Shown: piece by piece, positions 52,305-64,000 of the stretch
Layout: each line of letters opens with the position of its first letter
Numbering within the stretch: the stretch's first letter is position 1
Assembly (NCBI GenBank): GCA_028826165.1
Contig: JAPDFW010000130.1
Location: forward strand, 1-64,000
Origin: Anaeramoeba ignava BMAN
Taxonomy: Eukaryota; Protista; Anaeramoebae
DNA length: 64,000 bases
Reading direction: 5' to 3'
Notes under the pieces: model-generated
Seen by the model: the letters and a program-made list of their open reading frames with translations, nothing else
What the model was told of the DNA's origin: nothing
Databases searched by the model: none
Program-made: the position numbers and the translations under genes

Positions 52305-55300
52305 AAAATGAAAAATTAATTCCATATTTTATTTTAAAATAATTTATTAAATTTATTCCATTTTTTATTTTAAAATTAATTATTAAATTTATTCCATTTT
52401 TTATTTTAAAATTAATTATTAAATTTATTCTATTTTTATTTTAAAATAAATTATTAAATTAATTCCATTTTTTATTTTAAAATAATTTATTAAATTTATT
52501 CCACTTTTTATTTTAAAATTAATTATTAAATTTATTCCATTTTTTATTTTAAAATTAATTATTAAATTTATTCTATTTTTATTTTAAAATAAATTATTAA
52601 ATTAATTCCATATTTTTATTTTAAAATAATTTATTAAATTTATTCTATTTTTTATTTTAAAATAAATTATTAAATTTATTCTATTTTTATTTTAAAATAA
52701 ATTATTAAATTTATTTCACTTTTTGTTTTTAAAATAAATTATTAAATTTATTCCACTTTTTATTTTAAAATTAATTATTAAATTTATTCTATTTTTATTT
52801 TAAAATTAATTATTAAATTTATTCTATTTTTATTTTAAAATAAATTATTAAATTTATTCCATTTTTATTTTAAAATAAATTATTAAATTTATTCGAATTT
52901 TTATTTTGAAATAAATTATTAAATTTATTCTATTTTTATTTTAAAATAAATTATTAAATTTATTCTATTTTTATTTTAAAATAAATTATTAAATTTATTC
53001 TATTTTTATTTTGAAATAAATTATTAAATTTATTCCATATTTTTATTTTAAAATAATTTATTAAATTTATTCTATTTTTATTTTAAAATAAATTATTAAA
53101 TTTATTCCATTTTTATTTTTAAAATTAATTATTAAATTAATTATATTTTTATTTTAAAATTAATTATTAAATTTATTCCACTTTTTGTTTTAAAATTAAT
53201 TATTAAATTAATTCCATTTTTATTTTTAAAATAAATTATTAAATTTATTCCTTTTTATTTTGAAATAAATTATTAAATTTATTCTATTTTTATTTTAAAA
53301 TTAATTATTAAATTTATTCTATTTTTATTTTAAAATAAATTATTAAATTTATTCTATTTTTATTTTAAAATTAATTATTAAATTTATTCTATTTTTATTT
53401 TAAAATAAATTATTAAATTTATTCCATTTTTATTTTAAAATAAATTATTAAATTTATTCCATTTTTATTTTAAAATTAATTATTAAATTTATTCTATTTT
53501 TATTTTAAAATTATTTATTAAATTTATTCTATTTTTATTTTAAAATAATTTATTAAATTTATTCTATTTTTATTTTTAAAATAAATTATTAAATTTATTC
53601 CACTTTTTATTTTAAAATAATTTATTAAATTTATTCTATTTTTATTTTAAAATTATTTATTAAATTTATTCCATTTTTATTTTAAAATAAATTATTAAAT
53701 TTATTCTATTTTTATTTTAAAATAAATTATTAAATTTATTCTATTTTTATTTTAAAATTAATTATTAAATTTATTCTATTTTTATTTTAAAATAAATTAT
53801 TAAATTTATTCTATTTTTATTTTAAAATAAATTATTAAATTTATTCCACTTTTTATTTTTAAAATTAATTATTAAATTTATTCTATTTTTATTTTAAAAT
53901 AAATTATTAAATTTATTCTATTTTTATTTTAAAATAAATTATTAAATTTATTTTATTTTTATTTTAAAATTAATTATTAAATTTATTCCACTTTTTATTT
54001 TTAAAATGATTTATTAAATTTATTCCATTTTTATTTTGAAATAAATTATTAAATTTATTCCATTTTTATTTTAAAATAAATTATTAAATTTATTCTATTT
54101 TTATTTTAAAATTATTTATTAAATTTATTCTATTTTTATTTTAAAATTAATTATTAAATTTATTCCACTTTTTATTTTAAAATAAATTATTAAATTTATT
54201 CTATTTTTATTTTGAAATTAATTATTAAATTTATTCTATTTTTATTTTAAAAATAAATTATTAAATTTATTCTATTTTTATTTTGAAATTAATTATTAAA
54301 TTTATTCCATTTTTATTTTAAAATAAATTATTAAATTTATTCTATTTTTATTTTAAAATTAATTATTAAATTTATTCCACTTTTTATTTTAAAATGATTT
54401 ATTAAATTTATTCCATTTTTATTTTGAAATAAATGATTAAATTTATTCCATTTTTATTTTAAAATAAATTATTAAATTTATTCTATTTTTATTTTAAAAT
54501 TAATTATTAAATTTATTCTATTTTTATTTTAAAATAAATTATTAAATTTATTTTATTTTTATTTTAAAATTAATTATTAAATTTATTCCATTTTTTATTT
54601 TAAAAATAAATTATTAAATTTATTCTATTTTTATTTTAAAATAAATTATTAAATTTATTCTATTTTTATTTTAAAATTAATTATTAAATTTATTCTATTT
54701 TTATTTTAAAATAAATTATTAAATTTATTATATTTTTATTTTAAAATTATTTATTAAATTTATTCCACTTTTTATTTTAAAATAAATTATTAAATTTATT
54801 CTATTTTTATTTTAAAATAAATTATTAAATTTATTATATTTTTATTTTAAAATAAAGATAAACTATTTGCTCAAATTTGGAAAAATAAAATTTTATTGTT
54901 TCAATTTTTATTTTAAAATTAATTATTAAATTTATTCCATTTTTATTTTAAAATAAATTATTAAATTTATTCTATTTTTATTTTAAAATTAATTATTAAA
55001 TTTATTCCATTTTTATTTTAAAATTAATTATTAAATTTATTCTATTTTTATTTTAAAATAAATTATTAAATTTATTCTATTTTTATTTTAAAATAAATTA
55101 TTAAATTTATTCTATTTTTATTTTAAAATTATTTATTAAATTTATTCCATTTTTATTTTAAAATTAATTATTAAATTTATTCTATTTTTTATTTTAAAAT
55201 AATTTATTAAATTTATTTTATTTTTATTTTAAAATAATTTATTAAATTTATTATATTTTTATTTTAAAATTAATTATTAAATTTATTCCACTTTTTATTT

Positions 55301-55930
55301 TAAAAATAAATTATTAAATTTATTCCACTTTTTATTTTAAAATTAATTATTAAATTTATTCCACTTTTTATTTTAAAATAATTTATTAAATTTATTCCAT
55401 TTTTATTTTAAAATAAATTATTAAATTTATTCCATTTTTATTTTAAAATAAATTATTAAATTAATTTTATTTTTATTTTAAAATGATTTATTAAATTTAT
55501 TCTATTTTTATTTTAAAATTAATTATTAAATTTATTATATTTTTATTTTAAAATAAATTATTAAATTTATTCTATTTTTATTTTAAAATTAATTATTAAA
55601 TTTATTCCACTTTTTATTTTGAAATAAATTATTAAATTTATTCCACTTTTTATTTTGAAATAAATTATTAAATTTATTCCACTTTTTATTTTAAAATAAA
55701 TTATTAAATTTATTCCATTTTTAATTTTGAAATAAATGATTAAATTTATTCCATTTTTTATTTTAAAATTAATTATTAAATTTATTCCACTTTTTATTTT
55801 AAAATTAATTATTAAATTTATTCCATTTTTTATTTTAAAATTAATTATTAAATTTATTCCATTTTTTATTTTAAAATAAATTATTAAATTTATTCTATTT
55901 TTTATTTTGAAATAAATGATTAAATTTATT
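52305..55930. repeat. About 31-bp minisatellite (ttattaaatttattcYatttttattttaaaataaa), more than 100 copies
   Basis: Direct inspection. It lies between the divergent COPA and A2M start codons, with one unique interruption at about 54855-54905. Confidence 0.92.
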
Positions 55931-56103
55931 CGAATTTTTTGATTAGATAAAAATTAATTAAATAAATAAAAAAATTGCTTAAAGTAAGAACCAAAACAAA
56001 GAAAAAAAGCAAAAAAAAAATAAAAAAAAATCTTAATTAAATTTTTTGCTTTTTTCATTTTTTCATTTTTTTTCAATTTTTGAAAAACAAAAAACGAATA
56101 AAA

Positions 56104-59100
56104 ATGGGACAAAAACCAACAAAAAAAAAACCAGAAAACGAACAAAAAACAGAAGAAAAGAAAGAAGAAAAGAAAGATGAAAAGAAAGATGAAAAGAAAG
56201 ATGAAAAGAAAGATGAAAAAAAAGATAAGGAAATGACCCCAATGGAAACTGTATATTTTGGATCAACAAGATATTCACTTCTCATTTCAACAGACAAAAA
56301 AACTTACAAACCAGGAGAAACAGTTTATATTCGAGGAATTTTATTAGAAGCATTTACACACAAACCAGTTGAAAATTTTGCCGGAAACGGAAATCCATAT
56401 ATGAAGATATTAAGTCCAAAAGGGGATACAGTATTAGAAAGCACAATCTCATATCAATCAGACAGTGTTTATTCCTTCTCATGGGCAATACCAGAAGATT
56501 CAGTTGGAGGAGAATACAAAATGCAAATTTATCACAAATCTGGCAAAGGAATTCCAATTAACGAAAGGGGATTTACAATTAGAGTTTTTCGACCTCCCAG
56601 ATTAAAATCCGATTTGGAGTTTATTCAAAAGGCTTATGGCGCAGGGGATGAAGTCAAAGCGAGTTTATCTGTTGAGAGAGCTGAGGGAGGGTTTCCTGAA
56701 GGAGCTAATGTTACTGCTATTGCTAGACTGGATAATGAGGAAGTTTATAGAGGTGATTATGTTCTTGATAAAAATGGAAAGTGTATCATTTCTTTTAAAT
56801 TACCTGATGAAATTAAAGAAGGCATTGGTAATCTTAACTGCTCAATTACTGATGGTGGTGTTAATGAAAATGCCTCTAAAACTCTTCCTGTTGTTCTTAA
56901 AAAAATGGATGTTCAAGTTTTTCCTGAAGGTGGTGAGTTAGTTTATGGTTTAAAATGTGGTGTTTATTTTGAAGCTGTTACTCCTTCTGGAAGTCCTGCT
57001 GATTTTGAAGGAATTTTAGTTTGTTCTAAAGGAGATAAATTGAATAAAGATATTAAAAGTAAATATTCAAAAAATATTAAATATAAAATAAAAATAAAAA
57101 TATTAAATAAATATTTATAAAATAAAAATAGTGAAAACTAATCATGAAGGAAGAGGAAGATTCGAATTCACTCCTCAAAAGGAAATCAATTACGAAATCA
57201 AAATCATAAAACCAGCTGGTGTTACTGTTCCTGTTCAACTTCCAGAAATTAAATCAGAAGGAGTCTCAATAATCTCAAACAAAAAATCATTCCATTTCAA
57301 AGAAAAAATCTCAATCACAATTTCATCAACACGAAAAGAAGAATATATAGTTGGAGTTTACAAAAGAGAAAAAGAAATATCAACAAAAGAAATCAAGTTC
57401 AAAAAAGAACGAGAAAGTCAAAAAATAGAACTTGAAACAAAAGAAAACGATGGAATTCTTAGAATCACTGTTTGGAAGAAAACAGATTTAACACCAATGG
57501 CTGAAAGAATAGTATTTGTTCATCCAGTTGATGAAATCATATTTGAAATTGAACCTGATAAAAAAACATATTGTCCAGGAGACACAGTTTCATTGACAAT
57601 TAAATCAAAAACCAAATCAGGAAAACCTATACAAGCCATTTGTGGAGTTACTGTTACTGATGATAGTGTGTTTAAAATGACTGAGAAAAGAGAAAGACCT
57701 CCAAGATTACCAGCAATGTATTTCCTTGAAAACGAAGTTGAACATCTTGAAGATTGTCAAATTTATCTTTCGCCAGATCAAGATAAAGATAAAGAAAAAG
57801 AAAAAGATAATCAAGAAAAAGAAAAATTGGAAAAATTCACTGAATTGGATCTTTTATTAGGAACTCAAGGTTGGAGAAGATTTTTAAAAATTGATGAAAA
57901 ATTATTGGATGATCCAGATAAAGAAAAATTGGAAAAATTATTTGTTGTTTATTGTGACCCAAATATATTATCAAGAGAAATAAGAAAAGTCAAAAGAAAA
58001 GATGAAATTCAACAAATCAAAACAAATGTTTTGAATCAAGAAATATTCAAAGAAGAAAAAGTTTTTGAAAGAGATGCCATTTTAGAAAATCAAATTCAAA
58101 TGAATTTCAATGAAATTGACGAAATAAAAAGAAAAACAAGTATTGGCGATGAAATGGAACAACCACAACTATTGATAATGGAAATGGAAAAAGCGCCACC
58201 ACCAATGCTTGAAATGAAACAAAAACAACAACTACCACCACCAATGCCTCAAATGCAACAACAACAGCAACTACAACCACCAATGCCTCAAAAGCAAATG
58301 CAAGCGCTTGCACCTCCAAAACCAATGCCTGCAATGGCTCCAGTACCACCATTTGTTCAAAAAAAAATTATGATGGAAGAAATGGAAAAACCACAAATGA
58401 AAAGAATGAAAATGAAACCAGTGATGATGAGAAGAAGGGAAATGGAAAGGGAAATGGAAATAGAAGAAGATGAATATTGGTCAGATGAAGATGATGAAAT
58501 CTGGGATGATGAAGTATTAGCACCTACTCCAACTATTCCTTATTTCAGAGAATTTATTCATAGAAGAAAACCAGATAGACAACCTGGTGAAAGAAATGAT
58601 TTTGTTGATACTCTTTTTTATATTTCTTCAATCAGAACAGAAAAAACCAAAGACATCTTCGAACAAAAGATCGAATTTGATTTGAATGATTCTGTTTCTT
58701 CATTCAGAGTTTTCATTGATGGATTCAATTCAGAAGGTTTACTTGGATTTTCTGAGAGTTTTGTTGTTGATTCAAAAGAACCATTTTATTTAGAACCAAA
58801 ATTCCCACTTGAAGTTTCATTTGGAGATAAAATTAATCTTCCAGTAGCGCTTGTTAATTCTTTGCCAAATGATATGGATATCACATTGAAAACAGAAATA
58901 CTCAGTAAATCATTAGCAATCGAAGGAGATTCAGAATGGAAAGGACAACTTAAATCAGAAGAAAGAACAAAAAAATTTTTCAACTTGACAGTTAATCAAT
59001 CACTTGAAAAAGCAAAACTCAAAATCAACGGAAACGACACGAAAAATCCTGCAATAAAGGATCAAGTTACAAGAGAAATTGAAGTCAAACCTGCTGGCTT

Positions 59101-60760
59101 TCCTTTGTCTCTAGATGTAAGTGGAATGCTAGAACCAGAAGGAACAGTAACTCAAAAAATGACAATTCCTGATGAAATTATTGAAGGAAGTATCACAACC
59201 TATTGCAGTGTTTTCCCATCGCCAATGGGAACTTTAACAGAATCACTCAAATCATTTATTCGCGAACCTTGCGGTTGTTTCGAACAGACTTCAATGACTG
59301 TGTATCCTTTAACAATGGCACAACAATATTTCAAAACACATACTGGAGTTGATCCAAATTTCGTCACCGAATCAAATGAGAAACTTGAGAGAGGATACAA
59401 ACGATTGATTGGCTACGAATGCAAAAAGGGAGGTTATGAATGGTTTGGAGAAGATCCAGGCCACGAAGCTTTAACCGCAATGGGGATCATGGAATTCACT
59501 GATTTGTCACAAGTTTTCCCAGTTGATCAAGAAATGCTCAAAAGAACAACAAGTTGGGTTTTGACAAGAATCAACAAATCAAAAGGGGTTTTCGAAAGGA
59601 ATTCACTTGCTCTTGATTATTTCGGTGGAGCACCTCCTCACACAACTGATGCTTATATCACTTGGGCTTTATCCGAATCCAAAATTGAATATAAAGAACT
59701 CAAACCTGTTGTCGATAATTTAATCAAACAATCACAGAAAGAATTCAAAGAGGATTCTTATTTCCTTTCTTTGCTTTCCTTGATTTTGTTCAATTTCGGT
59801 TTCAAAGATCAATCACTTGAATTATGCAAAAAATTGACAGCACTTCAAAACAAGGAATCAAAAGATATCAAAGAAAAAGGCCATTTAACAAAAGCTAAAA
59901 CATCAATCACTCGCTCATCAGGTTTCAATTTGAACATGGAAACAACATCATTGAGCGTTGTTTCTTGGCTCAATTTCCCCGATCAATTCGCAGAAAATAT
60001 CGAAGATGCAATGCAATTCATCACTTCAAATTGCAAAGGCGGAAATTTCGGTTCAACTCAATCAACTGTTCTTGCCTTAAAAGCAATCATGAAATACGAT
60101 ATATATTCCGCTAAAGCAACAAAAGAAGGATCAATTGAGTTGATTGTTAATGATGAATCAGTTGAGGCTTTGGGATTTGTTCCAGACCAAAAGGGAGCAA
60201 TGATTTTCCCTGATTTCTCTTCGTTTTTACAGAAAGGAAAAGAAAATGTGATGGAATTGAAAATGATTGAAGGATCCAAAATGCCTTTTGTGATTCAACT
60301 CTCACTTACAACTCCAAAACCAGATTCAAATCCAAATTGCAAAGTGAATCTTTCAACAAAATTGATTTCAACAAATAAAAAGGAATCAAAGACTAACACA
60401 ATCAAACAAGGCGAAGCAACAGAGATTGAAGTGATTGTTACTAACAAAACAGACGAAGGCATCCCAATGACTGTTGCTATTATTGGGCTACCTGGTGGTT
60501 TGGAAGTCAGATACGACCAATTAAAAGAACTTGTCAAAAAAGGAATTATCGCTTCTTTTGAAATGATTGGAGCAAGAGAACTTGTTTTTTATTGGAGAGC
60601 TATGAAACCTAAAGAAGTTATCAAGTTTAGTGTTGATGTTATTGCTGCTGTTCCTGGAATTTATACTGGTCCTTCTTCAAGAGTCTATCTTTATTACACA
60701 AATGATGAGAAGATTTGGATTGATCCACTTAAGATTGAAATTCTTCCTGATGAAAAATGA
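56104..60760 (+). CDS. Alpha-2-macroglobulin / thioester-containing protein
   Basis: Exons 56104-57058 and 57132-60760. MG-domain motifs STDKKTYKPGETVYIR and FPEGG. Also DLLLGTQGWRRF, a P/M/Q-rich bait-like region, the thioester motif REPCGCFEQ, GGYEWFG and STQSTVLALKA. Confidence 0.9.
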
Positions 60761-60888
60761 TCCAAATATTCAAACAATTTTTAATTCTTAATTCTTTTTA
60801 ATTTTTAATTCTTTTTAATTTTTTAATTCAAATTCAATAATTTTTTTTTTATTTTTGATTTCTTTATTGATTTCGTTATTGGTTGGTT

Positions 60889-63800
60889 TTAAAGATATAA
60901 ACTCGGAGAAAAAGGAATTCCTCTTTTAATTTCTGTTTTTGATTTTTCAACTTTTTCTAATAATTCTGTATTTCCAATTATTCTTAAACCTGATGAAAAT
61001 TGAACTAATAATTCTTCTAATCTTCTTAGTAAACGAATAATTGATCCTTCAAAAACTTTTGTTTTCAAACAAATGGAACGAAAAGATGAACCATTTGCCC
61101 AATCATAAACTAATTTCATCATTGAACTTGAAAATGAAGAAACATAATTTTGAGTATCAATTTGCAATCCACATTCTTTTGAAATTTTCGCAATATAATT
61201 TGCATTTGATTGAACTAGTAAAAAAGCACCAATAAGTTTTTCATTTTCAATATTAACATTTTGCATTGCAGTTTCATTTTGGTTTTCATTAAAAATCAAA
61301 CAACTCAAAACTGATGAAATTTCTTCACTTGTTAAATCATTAAAAACTCCATTAAAAACAAGTTCTGTTAAAAGCAATTCATCAGCTGCGTCAATTTCAC
61401 AAGCAAATTGTCCTTTGATTTGGAAAACTTGATCTTTGTTTATATATCCCATTCTTCTGAGAACATGATTCATTTCCTTAAATTGATTTGTGAATTCTGT
61501 TGTTTTTGATAAAGAGAATTTTTCCTTCATTTTTTCAATTTGTTTTTCAATTTCCATTTTCTTTTCATATTGTTCATATAATTTTGTTAAATTTTCTGAT
61601 GAAAACAAAGGATTCGAAACAAGAACTTGTTCTTTTTTCTCCAAATTGCGAATGATTTTCTGGAATTTCTTGCTGCTGATTCTCATGTCTTGAATTGGAT
61701 CCAAAAGAGGAATTTGTCCATGAAATTTACTCTTAATTGAATTTAATGAATTTTTAACAGAATCTCTATTTGCTTTACTTCTAAGATCTTTTGGAAGAAA
61801 AACACGCAATGTGCTAATTTTATCCACACATCCAAGAACAACAGGAACAACTTTCATTTCCGTTGAAGTTGATTCCTTATTCTGTGAATTTTCTGTTTTG
61901 ATTTCTAAAAGAACATCTAAAATGTAAGAATGTGTTGAATTTCTTGAATTTTGATTTTCTTCTTCTTGATGAATAAAATTAACAATAATTCCCCATCCAA
62001 ATATTTTGTCTTCATCTTTGATATAAACCATTCTTCCTGGTTGGAGAAATGGCACAATATTTTCTGGTTTCAAAATATATTCCTTCATTTTTGATTCAAG
62101 TTCTTTGATTTCATTGTGTGCAATATAATAATCTCTAATATGATTTTCGTTATTAATTTTAATAGAATCTTTTTGGTTTTGAAGATCTTGCAATTCTTTT
62201 AAAATATTTTTGAATTTTATTTTTAATATTTTGAAATGTTATTTTTAAAATATTTTGAATTTTACTTAATTGATAATTTGGGATTTTTTTGTTTTTTAAA
62301 AAATGATGAAAAGAATTCATAGCAAGAAATTCAATATCAAAATCTTCTTTTCTTAATAAATTTAAATATGAATTATAAGTGATTCTAAAAGAAGATTTAA
62401 GTGAATTGGCATTTCCTTGAAATAAAACAGAAGCTTCTTGAATTGAAAGTTCTTGGTTGAGAATAATCATTGAAATTCCTCTTTCATCTTTTCCTCTACG
62501 ACCTGCTCTTCCTGACATTTGGATATATTCTCCACTTGAAAGTATTCTATATTTTTTTCCATCAAATTTTTTAATTGAATTAAATATAACTGTTTTTGTT
62601 GGCATATCAAGTCCGATTGCAAAAGTTTCTGTTGCAAATAAAATCTGAATTTTGGTTTTGATTTTGATTTTGATTTAATTTTGATTTGATTTTGATTTGA
62701 TTTTGATTTAATTTTGATTTAAATTTTGATTTGATTTTGATTTTGATTTTGATTTAATTTTGATTTAAATTCGATTTTGATTTAAATTTGATTTGATTTT
62801 AATTTTGATTTGAAATTGATTTGATTTTGATTTAATTTTGATTTAATTTTGATTTGATTTTGATTTGATTTTGATTTGAAATTGATTTGATTTTGATTTA
62901 ATTTTGATTTGATTTTGATTTGATTTTGATTTGATTTTGATTTAATTTTGATTTAAATTTGATTTGATTTTGATTTAAATTTGATTTAAATTTGATTTAA
63001 TTTGAAACCTTAATATATCCTTCTTGAAATAAAATTTCTGTAACTTCTCTAATAATTGGTAATAAACCTGAATGATGAATTCCAATTCCACGAAGTAAAA
63101 GTGGAAAAATTCCTTCAATCTAAAAAAAAATATCCTTTTTATATTAATTGTTTTTGCTTTCTTCTTTCTTTTGGATAATGATCTTGAAATAATTTAATTA
63201 AATAAAAATAATCAAATCCAAAAATAATATTTTGTTTTTTACTGATTTAAGTTCTTTATCTTCTTTTGGTAATGAATCTATTGCATTTGAAAATATAACT
63301 GATATTAATTTTTTCTCTTCTTCTGTTGTACAATCAATCTTTTGTTTTTGTTTTTATTTTTATTTTTATTTTTAAACAAAAATCATCAAATTTATATTTT
63401 TTTTTGTTGAATTTATAAAATTCACCATTCCTATTGAAATTGCATTTGTTTCACAATCTTTTCTACTAAAATTAAATACAATTGCTGGAATTAATTTCCT
63501 TTTAAGAATAACAGTAATTATTTTATGAATAAATGATTTAGATTCCTTTGAATTTTTGTTTTCATTTCCTGAAAATTGAAAAGATTATAAAATAAATTTT
63601 CCAAAAAAAAAATAATAGAATTAATAATCTACCATTTTCTGAAATATTTGAAAAACATTTCATTGCATTTATAAAATTTTCTTCCTAATATTTTTTGTGT
63701 GTTTCAATTTAAAATGAAGAACTTGAAATAAATTTGTTTAAAATATTATACAAGAAATTCTCCATTCTCTTCTTTAACAAGAAAAATTCCATTTGCTCCA

Positions 63801-64000
63801 ATTGGAAAAACATAATGTTGAAGAGGAACTGGTCTATTTTCTGAATAAATAATATGACAAGGTTCAAAACGAATATTACAAATCCAATGAGCAAATTCTT
63901 CAGCATTTGATATTGTTGCTGAAAGAATAATAAATTTGATTTTTTTAGGTAATAAAATCATTGTTTCTTCCCATACAACTCCTCTTTCTATATTAAATAT
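60889..64000 (-). CDS. MTR4: Mtr4/SKIV2L2-like Ski2-family RNA helicase (5' part outside the window)
   Basis: Exons about 63990-63752, 63684-63633, 63568-63426, 63338-63243, 63119-63009, 62644-62266 and 62195-60889. Motifs [48 protein letters not shown] and C-terminal SLYL. Confidence 0.92.

Noticed and set aside
52305-55930. 31-bp repeat resembling a CRISPR array in unit length
   Set aside because: Units are head-to-tail with no unique spacers, there are no cas genes, and the context is eukaryotic.
39804-64000. Inteins or transposon ORFs in the large genes
   Set aside because: No intein splice motifs, homing endonuclease, transposase or reverse transcriptase signatures were seen, and the proteins appear colinear with their families.

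Overview
Extremely AT-rich, intron-containing eukaryotic DNA (GT-AG introns, many filled with simple repeats). The assembly has scattered single-base homopolymer indels. Gene content suggests an anaerobic protist with a mitochondrion-related organelle (Anaeramoeba-like metamonad; this is inference). About 14 protein genes were reconstructed by hand: a degenerate RNF213/mysterin-like gene, a multi-RRM (PABP-like) protein, a UBA-ankyrin-pseudokinase, an ankyrin-BTB-BTB protein, an SMCR8-like protein, two tandem NADH oxidase/CoA-disulfide reductase paralogues, a TAPT1/EMP65-like protein, a Rab11-like GTPase, a RING/CCCH protein, propionyl-CoA carboxylase alpha, glycine decarboxylase subunit 2 (GcvPB), alpha-COP, a thioester alpha-2-macroglobulin, and the 3' part of an Mtr4-like helicase. 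There is also a box C/D snoRNA and two large satellites. The standout is the ankyrin-BTB gene (15924-19999, minus strand), which the ORF track mostly misses. Each ankyrin repeat is its own phase-0 exon. Between them lie arrays of 1, 6, 10, 1 and 3 single-codon microexons (AG|NNN|GT), regularly spaced by 54-83-nt introns, at the beta-hairpin target-binding loop. This is a candidate splicing-based system for diversifying a Cullin-3 substrate receptor one codon at a time.
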